This document shows, in pieces, positions 51,667 to 64,000 of a stretch of 64,000 bases of DNA; the first letter of the stretch is position 1, and every line of letters begins with the position of its first letter. Source of the stretch: Planctomycetota bacterium (lineage in GTDB: Bacteria; Planctomycetota; UBA1135; UBA2386); assembly GCA_046290465.1 (NCBI GenBank), contig JBKAGP010000001.1, positions 5,120,001 through 5,184,000 of the forward strand, read 5' to 3'. A model generated the notes under the pieces. It ran no database searches. It saw only the letters and a list, made by a program, of their open reading frames with translations, and was not told where the DNA came from. The position numbers were made by a program, and so were the translations under genes.

Positions 51667-52094
51667 GCGCCAACGAACTGACGTTCCCTCCCGACGGAGC
51701 GGTGCTGCGCGAGGTCCGCGCGAACGTGCGCAAGATCGCCGCGTCGCTCGGCGCCGAGCCGAGCGTCTGCGACAACCTGGCGCTGGTCGTCGACGAACTG
51801 GTCAACAACGCGATCGAGCACGGCGCCTCCTACCGGAAGTCGAGTCAGGACCTGCGGGTGGCGATCGGTGTCGACGGGGACCGCCTGACGATCGACTTCT
51901 TCGATCCGGAGATGCCGGCGGACCAGGTGCAGGAGCTGTCCTCGGCGCTCGCCGAGACGGCCAACGGCATGCCGTCGCTCGACAGCGAGCGCGGCCGCGG
52001 CCTGTTCCTGCTGTCGGTCTACCTCGAGGACCTGCGCGCCGAGGCGGCGCCGCAAGGCGGCCTGCGCCTGTCGGGGCGCATCCAGCGGCAGTGA
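51663..52094 (+). CDS. RsbW-like anti-sigma/HATPase_c protein
   Basis: LVVDELVNNAIEHG, ERGRGLFLL; GTGA overlap. Confidence 0.88.
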   Translation: MSANELTFPPDGAVLREVRANVRKIAASLGAEPSVCDNLALVVDELVNNAIEHGASYRKSSQDLRVAIGVDGDRLTIDFFDPEMPADQVQELSSALAETANGMPSLDSERGRGLFLLSVYLEDLRAEAAPQGGLRLSGRIQRQ

Positions 52095-52582
52095 CCGCGC
52101 CCGCGCTGGCCGGCCTGGTCGACGCGTGGCTGCGGCTGCCGCGCGCGCTGCGCGCCTGCGTGCCGCTGATCGGCATGGCCGTGCTGTGGTGGTCGTCGTC
52201 GCGCGTGCCCGGCGACGAACCGCACAGCACCGCCCGCTCGTTGTTCCACAACTCGATGCACGTCATCGCCTACGGCTGCATCGGCGCGGCGGTCTGGCTG
52301 GCGTGGTCGCGTCGCCCCGCCGGCGAGCCGCAGCGGTTCCGTTCGTGGGGCTCGTGGCTGGTGGCGACCGCGTACGGCGTCGTCGACGAACTGCACCAGT
52401 CGTTCGTGCCCGGCCGCGACTGTTCGCTGTTCGACCTGGTGTCGGATGCCGCCGGCGCGGCGCTGGCCGTCGTGCTGCTGCGCGGCATCGTCGGCGTGTC
52501 GCGCAGCTGGCGCCGCGACGCATGGCTGTTCGTCGGTGTGGGGCTGGTCGGCGTGCTCACCGCGACGTTCGTCAGCTGGTGA
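52091..52582 (+). CDS. VanZ-family membrane protein
   Basis: HVIAYG, YGVVDELHQSFVPGR, DLVSDAAGA. Confidence 0.9.
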   Translation: MTAPALAGLVDAWLRLPRALRACVPLIGMAVLWWSSSRVPGDEPHSTARSLFHNSMHVIAYGCIGAAVWLAWSRRPAGEPQRFRSWGSWLVATAYGVVDELHQSFVPGRDCSLFDLVSDAAGAALAVVLLRGIVGVSRSWRRDAWLFVGVGLVGVLTATFVSW

Positions 52583-52692
52583 CTCGCTGCCGGGACACTG
52601 CGTGTAACGTCTGCGAGAACCTGACGCTAAGGGCGATTTGTTCACTCCTTCGCTGCCACGCGGCGCGCCGCTGCAGCGCTGTTGGGGGTGCC

Positions 52693-53202
52693 ATGAAGCG
52701 ATTCCCTTTGCTGTTGGCAGCCCTTCTCGGGGTTGTCGTCTCGGTGCCCGCGCAGAACCGTCGCTCCGGGCGCCACCACCAGGGCCAGGTCGTCACCGTG
52801 CAGCCGGCTGCGCGCGGCCCGGTCCAGAACCAGGCCTTCCGTCAGGGCCAGCCCGTTTCGGGGTCGCGCTCGGCGCGGCGCGGCGGCGTCGATCGGCGCG
52901 CCACCCGCAACGTCAACCGCGGCGCCATCCGCAGCGGTCGGCATGACGGGCGCGGCGTCTCGCGCCGCAGCTACGGTCGCCACGACGTCCATCGCCGAAG
53001 CTTCGGCAGGTGGGAGACCCGCTGCGAACGCGTGCTGGTGCCGGGCTACTGGGATCGGCAGCACGTGCCGGCCGTGTTCGGCTGGATCTACGACAGCTGC
53101 GGCCGCCGGCACTGGGGCATCGTGACCCCGGCGTGCTACCAGCGCGTGTGGGTGCCGGCGCGCTACGAAACCCGCAGCCGCCGCGTCTGGGTGCGCCACT
53201 GA
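52693..53202 (+). CDS. Secreted Arg-rich protein with VxVPG/AxW-type repeats
   Basis: Signal peptide ...VPAQ; VLVPGYW and VWVPARY repeats. Confidence 0.75.
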   Translation: MKRFPLLLAALLGVVVSVPAQNRRSGRHHQGQVVTVQPAARGPVQNQAFRQGQPVSGSRSARRGGVDRRATRNVNRGAIRSGRHDGRGVSRRSYGRHDVHRRSFGRWETRCERVLVPGYWDRQHVPAVFGWIYDSCGRRHWGIVTPACYQRVWVPARYETRSRRVWVRH

Positions 53203-53241
53203 TCGTGGCGCGGCGGTCGCCCGTCCTGTTGGATAGCCGAC

Positions 53242-54675
53242 ATGGAACGCGGCGACCGCTTCGATCACCCCCTCATCGAACGCTACGCGAGCAAGGACAT
53301 GGCTCGCCTGTTCTCGCCCCGTGCCCGTCACGGCGCCTGGCGGGACCTCTGGATCTGCCTCGCCGAGGCCGAGCAGCGCCTGGGCTTTCCGGTCACCCAA
53401 GAGCAGATCGCCGAGCTGCGCAAGCACCGCGACACCTTCGACTGGGAGCGCGTCGCCGAGCTCGAGAAGGAGCTGCGCCACGACGTGATGGCGCACGTGC
53501 ACCACTACGGTGAGCTGGCGCCGTCCGCCAAGCCGATCATCCACCTCGGCGCGACCAGCTGCTACGTGACCGACAACGGCGACCTGGTCATCTACCGCGA
53601 GGCGCTGCGCCTGATCGCGCGCCGGCTGCAGGCGTGCATCCGCAACCTCGCCGCGTTCGCCAGGCAGTGGCGCGCCGAGCCGTGCCTCGGCTACACGCAC
53701 TTCCAGGTCGCGCAGCCGGTCACGGTCGGCAAGCGCGCGTGCCTGTGGGCGCAGGACCTCGCGCTCGACCTCGACGAGACGCTGCGCGTGGCCGAATGGC
53801 TGCCGTTCCGCGGCGTCAAGGGAACGACCGGCACGCAGGCGACGTTCTTGCTGCTCGCGGGCGGCGACCACGGCAAGGTCGAAGAACTCGACCGGCTGGT
53901 GACCGAGGGCATGGGATTCGGCCGATCGATCCCGGTCAGCGGTCAGACCTACACACGCAAGATCGACTGGAGCATCCACCAGGTGCTGTCGGCGATCGCG
54001 CAGTCGGCGAGCAAGTTCGCCAACGACCTGCGCCTGCTGTCGCACGAGGGCGAGATCGAGGAGCCGAGCGAGTCGAAGCAGATCGGCAGCTCGGCGATGG
54101 CCTACAAGAAGAACCCGATGCGCTGCGAGCGCGTCAACTCGCTGGCGCGCTACGTCATCGAGGCCGCCAACACCAGCGCGCACACCGCGGCGACGCAGTG
54201 GCTCGAGCGCACGCTCGACGACTCGGCGATCCGCCGCATCGCGCTGCCCGAGTCGTTCCTGGCGATCGACGGCATCCTGATGCTGGTCGAGAACGTCACC
54301 AAGGGCCTGGTCGTCTACCCGAAGGTCATCGAGAAGAAGCTGACCGAGCAGCTGCCGTTCCTGGCGACCGAGGAGATCCTGATGGCCGGGGTCGCCGCCG
54401 GTGGCGACCGCCAGGATCTGCACGAACGGGTGCGCGTGCACAGCCGCGCCGCGGCGCATGCGGTCAAGGCCGAGGGCAAGGCCAACCCGCTGATGCAGCT
54501 GATCGCCGACGATCCGGCGTTCGCGGCGATCAAGGACCGCCTCCCGGACCTGCTGCAGCCGAGCCGCTTCGTCGGCCGCTGCGCCGAGCAGGTCGACGCG
54601 TTCGTGCAGAACGAGGTCGAGCCGCGGCTTTCGGGTGCCGAACTCGACGGGCTCGCCGGCGAGATCCGGGTCTAG
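53242..54675 (+). CDS. purB: Adenylosuccinate lyase
   Basis: RHDVMAH, HLGATS, GSSAMAYKKNPMRCE, QWLERTLDDSA. Confidence 0.97.
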   Translation: MERGDRFDHPLIERYASKDMARLFSPRARHGAWRDLWICLAEAEQRLGFPVTQEQIAELRKHRDTFDWERVAELEKELRHDVMAHVHHYGELAPSAKPIIHLGATSCYVTDNGDLVIYREALRLIARRLQACIRNLAAFARQWRAEPCLGYTHFQVAQPVTVGKRACLWAQDLALDLDETLRVAEWLPFRGVKGTTGTQATFLLLAGGDHGKVEELDRLVTEGMGFGRSIPVSGQTYTRKIDWSIHQVLSAIAQSASKFANDLRLLSHEGEIEEPSESKQIGSSAMAYKKNPMRCERVNSLARYVIEAANTSAHTAATQWLERTLDDSAIRRIALPESFLAIDGILMLVENVTKGLVVYPKVIEKKLTEQLPFLATEEILMAGVAAGGDRQDLHERVRVHSRAAAHAVKAEGKANPLMQLIADDPAFAAIKDRLPDLLQPSRFVGRCAEQVDAFVQNEVEPRLSGAELDGLAGEIRV

Positions 54676-54701
54676 GAGCGCGTCCATGTAGTGGACGCGC
54701 T
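54672..54701. repeat. CTAG-terminated inverted repeat, copy 2 (right arm truncated)
   Basis: CTAGGAGCGCGTCCA-TGTAG-TGGACGCGCT; its TAG is the purB stop. Confidence 0.8.
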
Positions 54702-54807
54702 GCCGACCGTGATCGCGGAAGCGGCGTGTACGCGTGCGGACGGGGCTTTGCCCACTAGCTGGCCGGTCGGGCGCCTCGGGTCAGGCTCCGTCGCGCGCCA
54801 GAGGGTG

Positions 54808-56175
54808 TCAGGGGAGCACGGCGCCGCCGAGGATGTCGGTGAAGTAGATGACGCTGTTGCTATCGACCGCGACGGCCTGCGTCAGGAACACCTGGCCAAC
54901 GATGCCTGGAGTGCTGGGGACATCGATAGGTTGGTAGACGAGCCAGCTCGCGACGTCGCCCGAAACGGTGCGCAGCGACACCGGTAGATTCTGGGTGGTG
55001 TCGATGACGAACTGATCCGGTCCAAGTTGGACCAGGGGATAGGTTCCAGCCGATCCCGGTCCGGCGAGGGTGATGGTCGTTGCGATCAGTATCGGGGTCG
55101 GGACGTTGGCGGACACCGGGCAGCTCAGCTGCAGTGGTTGCCCTGCGGAGAACGGCCCCGAGAACTGAAGTTCTCCCAGTTCCAGGTCTGGAGTGCTGCT
55201 CGTCGAGCCTGGCGTGCCGAACCGCACCATGCATCGTTGTCGATGGATCTCGCCGGGAGACGAAGCGCGATGAACGCCGTAGACGACCCCTGCTTCCAGT
55301 GCGGTTGCCGCCGGGATGGTGACCGAGGTGTCCACCGGCAACTGCGTCGCCGTGCCCAGTGTCGCGCCGGTGTCCAGGCGCGACAGGATGTAGGTGTGGC
55401 TATGCCCTTGCCCGCAGTGAAGGTGCACGGAAGTGGCTCCTTCGCGAAACGACCTCTGGTTCAGCATGAACTGGTCGCCGCTGATTACCGTGGGCGTGAT
55501 CGGCGTGGATTGCGCGGTCGCGACGTCCACGAGTGCGAAAGCCGGGGTGCCGTAGACCTCGGCGGCAATGGAGACTCGAGGCGAGATCCGAAGCTTGGTG
55601 GCTGCAGTTGTGCGTGGTTCGAGTCCGAAGGCCAGGTCACCGAAGGGTAGGAGCTTCAGCGATGCCGTTGCCGTCGACAACGCAGGGATGTCGCCTGATG
55701 CGTCATACCAAGCCGAGAGCATGAGGCCGCTGAGTGGGGTCGTGCCGTCCCAAGTGGCGCGCCACGTAATTCGGCTCAGGTTGTCGATGCAATACAACGA
55801 TTCATCGACGCTGTCGAAGGCGACGCCGTCCGGTCGTTGGCCGGGCAGGAACAGCGTCGAGATCAGGCTGTAAGGATCCTGAGTGCCTGCCTTGCGGCGA
55901 AGGTGACGGATGCAGCCCACTCCCGGCTGCGATTCTCCGACGATCAGGACGTTGTCCTGAAGGGGGTGCGACGGTGTCGTGCGGGAATACCAAGAGGTTG
56001 CGCCGCGGGTCTCTTGCAGGCCCGTCGCCGTTGATGCAGACGTGCCCAACGGGGTCGCGGTTTCGGCCTGCGCATCGATGTAGCAATGTGGGTTGACGGT
56101 CCGGAAGTCGGGGTCTTGAGCGATACAGATGGTCCCCGCACATAGGGTCGCCCACAGGAAATGGCTAGCGTTCAT
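54808..56175 (-). CDS. Secreted protein with divergent shared C-terminal domain (island gene)
   Basis: Signal peptide ...CIAQ; ends VPSTPGIVGQVFLTQAV; atypical codon usage. Confidence 0.75.
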   Translation of the reverse strand: MNASHFLWATLCAGTICIAQDPDFRTVNPHCYIDAQAETATPLGTSASTATGLQETRGATSWYSRTTPSHPLQDNVLIVGESQPGVGCIRHLRRKAGTQDPYSLISTLFLPGQRPDGVAFDSVDESLYCIDNLSRITWRATWDGTTPLSGLMLSAWYDASGDIPALSTATASLKLLPFGDLAFGLEPRTTAATKLRISPRVSIAAEVYGTPAFALVDVATAQSTPITPTVISGDQFMLNQRSFREGATSVHLHCGQGHSHTYILSRLDTGATLGTATQLPVDTSVTIPAATALEAGVVYGVHRASSPGEIHRQRCMVRFGTPGSTSSTPDLELGELQFSGPFSAGQPLQLSCPVSANVPTPILIATTITLAGPGSAGTYPLVQLGPDQFVIDTTQNLPVSLRTVSGDVASWLVYQPIDVPSTPGIVGQVFLTQAVAVDSNSVIYFTDILGGAVLP

Positions 56176-56193
56176 GGTTGTCTGTTTGCCTGC

Positions 56194-57018
56194 TTAGATC
56201 TCAACGGGGAAAATCGGTTGGGGGCAGCCTGCAAGTAGCGAGAGGCGAATTGCCTCCCCCTTTGCTTTGAGCGCGTCAACTTGTAGTGTGAGAGACTGGA
56301 GGTTGGCGGCTGAGGGGTCGGGGTCAGTCGCTGGGCCGGCGTAGCTGTCGCGTAGAAACTCTAAGAAGCTGGCGTCAACACTGAGCATCACGGCCTGGTT
56401 GACTTGAATCGCAATGGTTGATTTGACTTGGTCGGGTGTCATTCCGAACTCAGGCGGAAGTCCCGCTATTGCGTTACCCTCAAGTATCTGTCGGTGAGCG
56501 TCATATTCCGTGAGTGTCTGGTCGAGCCGATGCATTTCGTGCGAGATCATCCAGGCCATAATGCTCGGTAGTTGTCCGAATACCTGGGGGTCAAATGCGG
56601 TCTCCTCTCCGTCTTGGATCCCCGGACGAAATGCTCGACACTTCCCCTGATCGATCAAGAGAGTGTCGAGTGTGGGTGGCATTGTGCATGCATACGCACT
56701 CAGCTTTCGCTCCTCCTCTTGTTGGGCGCGGTATCCCGGTAGAAGGCCCAACATCGGATGGCCTAGATATGCGCGCCCCTTGGCTTCTGCTAGCCGCTCA
56801 AATCGTTTCTTTGCGAATGGCAGCAGCTTCCCTGACCGTTCGGATGTAGGCGAGCCCGAGCTGGCGTCGGCTTCTAGGGAGGCGATCCACCCAGACATTT
56901 TATCAAACGCGACGCATAGTTGTTCAAACTGCGGCCCGAGAACTTGGATGGGGGCCGCTTGTGCGAGCAGCGGGGCCGCCATCATTGTATACAGGGCGAT
57001 GTGGGCGAGGTGACGCAT
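56194..57018 (-). CDS. Secreted hypothetical protein with HExxH motif (island gene)
   Basis: Signal peptide ...LLAQ; ISHEMHR...E; lower GC. Confidence 0.65.
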   Translation of the reverse strand: MRHLAHIALYTMMAAPLLAQAAPIQVLGPQFEQLCVAFDKMSGWIASLEADASSGSPTSERSGKLLPFAKKRFERLAEAKGRAYLGHPMLGLLPGYRAQQEEERKLSAYACTMPPTLDTLLIDQGKCRAFRPGIQDGEETAFDPQVFGQLPSIMAWMISHEMHRLDQTLTEYDAHRQILEGNAIAGLPPEFGMTPDQVKSTIAIQVNQAVMLSVDASFLEFLRDSYAGPATDPDPSAANLQSLTLQVDALKAKGEAIRLSLLAGCPQPIFPVEI

Positions 57019-57359
57019 CGTGCAGTGCTCGGTTGCTGTGTGATGAGTGTAGGGGTGTTGTTCTTGCGCGAGTTGCGCGTCGATTCACGGTAGCTTGAGA
57101 AGGTGTAGCGGTTCAAGGGTCTCTTCGTTCAAGGTAGTGGGGTGTTGTTACCTGGAGCTGGGGGGCAATCAATGAATGCGTTGCGTTATTGTGTGATTCG
57201 GTGGGCGTCAAGTAGTTTGGCCATGCGGCTGGCGCGGTCGCGAACTCCGTCTCGCTTGCTTCGCCCAGGCGGATTCAGGCGGCAGACCTGAGTCTGGTAG
57301 GGATCCGATCGCGCCCCGGCCCGTATCAGGGCGGGTCCTCCCCGACCCCGCCCTTCGCC

Positions 57360-57779
57360 ATGAACGCCCACCGCCTCACCTGGATCGCGCGCATCGTCGT
57401 CGCGGTCATCCTGCTGCAGACCCTGACCTTCAAGTTCACCGCCGCGCCCGAGTCGGTCTACATCTTCGAAACCGTGGGCATGGAGCCGGTCGGCCGCATC
57501 GGCAGCGGTATCGCCGAACTGATCGCCGGCGTGCTGCTGCTGATCCCGGGTCGTCGCTTCGCCGCCGCCGGCGCGGCGCTGGCGCTCGGGGTGATCTCGG
57601 GCGCGATCTTCTTCCACCTGACGAAGCTCGGGATCGTCGTGCAGGACGACGGGGGCCAGCTGTTCGTGATGGCGGTCGTGGTCTTCGTCGGCTCGGCGTT
57701 CGTGCTGCTGCGCAACTTCGGCGGGCTGCTGGAGTGGCTGCCCGGCCGCACCACGCCGCCGCCGCCGGAAAACGCCTGA
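57360..57779 (+). CDS. DoxX-family membrane protein
   Basis: ILLQTLTFKFT, ESVYIF, GRIGSGIAELIA, GAIFFHLTKLGI. Confidence 0.9.
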   Translation: MNAHRLTWIARIVVAVILLQTLTFKFTAAPESVYIFETVGMEPVGRIGSGIAELIAGVLLLIPGRRFAAAGAALALGVISGAIFFHLTKLGIVVQDDGGQLFVMAVVVFVGSAFVLLRNFGGLLEWLPGRTTPPPPENA

Positions 57780-57840
57780 CGGCACCGGCGTTGCGGGGGT
57801 CCTTGCGCCTGACCCTTTCCGTCGCCAGAAGGACCCCTCG

Positions 57841-59589
57841 ATGACCGCGATCGCCTGCCTCCGCCCGTTCGTCCCGTTCGCCCTGCTGCTGTGCTTCGGC
57901 CATGCGCAGGAGGAACCCCAGAAGCCCCAGAAGCCCCAGAAGCCACTGACGACGCGCGTCTACGACGTGCGCGACGTGGTCCGGATCGAGCCCGACTACC
58001 AGCCGGCGACGGCGATCGAGGCGTCGTTCGTGCCGACCGAGCGCGAGGTCCGCGAGGACAGGCTGCAGGCGCTCGATCTCGGCGATGCGGTCACGCTCGC
58101 GATGATGGGGTCCTCGCCGATGTACTGGGAACGGGAGGGCGTCGAACTCCGTCCCGAGGACTCGGGCTTCCTGACCGTGACCTGTGACGCCGCGATGCAC
58201 CAGCGGGTGCAGCAGGTGCTGCAGCAGGTCCGGGCGATGCTGTTCGAGACCGTGCTGGTCGAGGTGCACGAGGTGCCGGGGGACGCGCTCGATGGCCGCC
58301 CGTCGGTGCTGAGCGAGGCGATGGCCGACGGCCTGCTCGCGCAGCTCGGCGAGCATCGCGTGCACTTCGGTCGCGCCAACGTGCAGCGGCCGCTGTTGCT
58401 CGAGTCCAAGCGCACCCAAAACCGCATCGCCGGGCTCGGAGTCCGGGTCGCACAGGGGGCGTCGGCGCCGCAGCCGGAGGTCGCCACCGCGTCGTACGGT
58501 TCGAGCTGGAGCGTGCTGGCGACGCGCACCGTCGGCGATGCCCTGCTGGTCTCGGTGACCGGCAGCGACCGCGCCCTCGAGGAGAGCACGTCGAAGCGTC
58601 GGGTGCCGACGAGCAACGACGACGGGCCGGCGGTGCTGGAGTTCGCGGCGACCCGCATCGCGACCTGCCACGCGAGCGCCTACCTGAAGCCGGGCCAGTC
58701 GATGCTGGTCGGCACCAACGCGGCCGACGGTGCTGCCCTGTGCATCCGGGTGCGGCGCGCCGGCGCTCCGGTGAAGGACGCGATCGGTGAGCTGCGTGCG
58801 TTCTCGATCCGGTCGCTGATCGCCGGGGCGCGGCGTCCCGCGGCGGTCGTGCTGCCCGGTGGCGAGGCGACGCTGTTCCCCGAGATCGAATCCGAGCCGA
58901 CGCCGGCCGTCTGCGACGACGGTCGGTTGATCGAGGCGATCACCAGCCAGGTCGCGCCCGACAGCTGGGACGGCGATCCGAACACGTTGAACGCGCGCGG
59001 TGGCTACCTGTTTGCCTACACGCCCAGTGGCGACGAGGTCGCCGAGCAGGTCGCCGCGATGCTGCAGAAGTTGCAGGACCTCGACGCGCGGCAGTACTCG
59101 CTGGAGGTGCGCTTCGGCAAGGTCGCCGCCGACGCGCTGCGCACGCGGCCCGACCTGCTCGCCGAAAAGCTGACCCAGCGATGCCTGACGACCGTCTCGG
59201 CGAGCCGCGGCGCGCAGGTCAGCGCCACCCGGCACACGCCCTACGTCCGGGACTTCGGTGCCGTGATGGCCAGCGCCAGCGCGGCGACCTACCCGGAGGT
59301 CGGCGGCTTCGCCGAGGGCTTCCTGATGCGCGGCGAGATCGCCAACTCGGGCCAGGGCACCGTGCGCCTCGATCTGCACCTGACCACGCTGTCGCGCGGC
59401 GTCGAGACGCAGCCGTTCAACCTGGAGCATCCTCGGATCGGCGCGATCGATCGTGTCGACGTCCGCGAGAACAAGGTGCGCGGCGTCGCCACCGTCGAAG
59501 TGGGCGAGTGGACCCTGCTGAGCGTGTCGCCAGTCGAGGGCGGTCCCGGCCACGTTGCGGTCGTGGCGCGGGTGTCTTTGCTGCAGTAG
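57841..59589 (+). CDS. Secreted protein with two tandem secretin-like (N3 plus beta) modules
   Basis: TRVYDVRDV, APDSWD, HQRVQQVLQQVR/AEQVAAMLQKL; internal duplication; PQK x3 linker. Confidence 0.6.
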   Translation: MTAIACLRPFVPFALLLCFGHAQEEPQKPQKPQKPLTTRVYDVRDVVRIEPDYQPATAIEASFVPTEREVREDRLQALDLGDAVTLAMMGSSPMYWEREGVELRPEDSGFLTVTCDAAMHQRVQQVLQQVRAMLFETVLVEVHEVPGDALDGRPSVLSEAMADGLLAQLGEHRVHFGRANVQRPLLLESKRTQNRIAGLGVRVAQGASAPQPEVATASYGSSWSVLATRTVGDALLVSVTGSDRALEESTSKRRVPTSNDDGPAVLEFAATRIATCHASAYLKPGQSMLVGTNAADGAALCIRVRRAGAPVKDAIGELRAFSIRSLIAGARRPAAVVLPGGEATLFPEIESEPTPAVCDDGRLIEAITSQVAPDSWDGDPNTLNARGGYLFAYTPSGDEVAEQVAAMLQKLQDLDARQYSLEVRFGKVAADALRTRPDLLAEKLTQRCLTTVSASRGAQVSATRHTPYVRDFGAVMASASAATYPEVGGFAEGFLMRGEIANSGQGTVRLDLHLTTLSRGVETQPFNLEHPRIGAIDRVDVRENKVRGVATVEVGEWTLLSVSPVEGGPGHVAVVARVSLLQ

Positions 59590-59597
59590 CGCTGGAA

Positions 59598-59733
59598 TGC
59601 CATTGTGGCAGCTTCTATCGATGGCTGCCATAATGGCGGTCTCTCGGGCTGGCATCCTGTGCCCCGAGCGATCTGTAAGCGATTGTAATCAAGGGCTTTG
59701 CGGGTTTCGTCCGGGCCCGGCACGCCGCTCGCT
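59598..59733 (+). promoter_or_regulatory. Sigma54-type promoter with palindromic upstream sites and IHF-like site
   Basis: TGCCA-N3-TGGCA (59598-59610), TGCCA-N3-TGGCG (59626-59638), AATCAAGGGCTTT (59687-59699), CGGCACGCCGCTCGCT GG-N10-GC (59718-59733). Confidence 0.65.
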
Positions 59734-59768
59734 ATCCATGGGTCGTCGCCAACCAACGGAGGTCGCCC

Positions 59769-62408
<2,640 letters not shown>

Positions 62409-62491
62409 GGGGCTTCCCGCCGTCGTTCGGAACGGCTCATCTCTGGCGTTGCGGCGGCGGCTGCTCCATGCTCCGCTGCCCCACAGCGATC

Positions 62492-63499
<1,008 letters not shown>

Positions 63500-63512
63500 C
63501 GCGGCGATCGGT

Positions 63513-64000
63513 TCAGCGGCCGCGGCGCACGCGCGGTGGGTGGCCCTTGGGCGCGAGCAGCGTGAACCACGTGCTGAGGACTGCGGCCAGCAGCAGGTTG
63601 CCGCGGTAGCCCTTGAGGAACTCGAGCTGCTCGTCGCTGAACTCGTCGATCGGCGGCTCGGCGGAGTAGGCCTGGAACAGCCAGGCCCAGATCACCCACG
63701 CGGCGATCACGCCGACGCAGGTCGCCGATTGGACCCAGCGGCCCCAGCCGCTGAAGAATGCGCCGAGGCCCGCTACCGGCAACAAGAACACGGTCCAAGG
63801 CAGGGCCGACACGTGCATCCACGGCACCTCGAACGCATAGCCGATCCACATGGCGATGCAGACCGCGAGCGCCGCGCCCAGCATCAGCGCGTGCCGCTTC
63901 GAGAACGCGTCGAGCGCATGTCGGCCGATCGGGTGCAGCAGCAACAGCAGGTTGAAGATCGGCACCACGCACGCGGTCAGCAGCACGACGCCGAGCCAGC
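63513..64000 (-). CDS. Membrane protein, 3' part (truncated by window end)
   Basis: Several hydrophobic helices, host-like codon usage. Confidence 0.6.
   Translation of the reverse strand, partial: WLGVVLLTACVVPIFNLLLLLHPIGRHALDAFSKRHALMLGAALAVCIAMWIGYAFEVPWMHVSALPWTVFLLPVAGLGAFFSGWGRWVQSATCVGVIAAWVIWAWLFQAYSAEPPIDEFSDEQLEFLKGYRGNLLLAAVLSTWFTLLAPKGHPPRVRRGR

Noticed and set aside
57020..57350. AT-richer intergenic region as a tRNA or integration site
   Set aside because: No cloverleaf or CCA end could be built, and no direct repeat matching the other island edge was seen.

Overview
High-GC (about 70% by eye) bacterial chromosomal segment. It is probably from a planctomycete-like organism; this is inferred from the HEAT-repeat proteins, sulfatases, FG-GAP protein, secretin-like protein and many large secreted hypotheticals. 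Housekeeping genes include the carB 5' end, proS, an RluA-family gene, carA, larB, tsaD, a CtpA-like protease, an MsbA-like ABC transporter, ispF, ispD, ruvC, nadC, purB, clpB and trpS. They are interspersed with two two-component systems, a sigma54 activator and roughly 20 secreted or lipoprotein genes. I saw no rRNA, tRNA, CRISPR array or transposase. Main unexplained patterns: (1) five unrelated secreted proteins share a ~120-aa C-terminal domain, a candidate sorting/anchoring signal; (2) nearly every predicted signal-peptidase-I substrate has Gln at +1; (3) a three-copy REP/REPIN-like palindrome family, and a second CTAG-ended mini-palindrome family, whose ends supply the stop codons of neighbouring genes; (4) TAnnnT boxes 6-10 nt before many start codons (leaderless genes), including two bidirectional -10 elements; (5) a stand-alone promoter-sORF-terminator unit; (6) a sigma54-type enhancer promoter upstream of clpB; (7) a lower-GC two-gene island. 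All calls come from reading the sequence and recognising motifs; no database searches were run.
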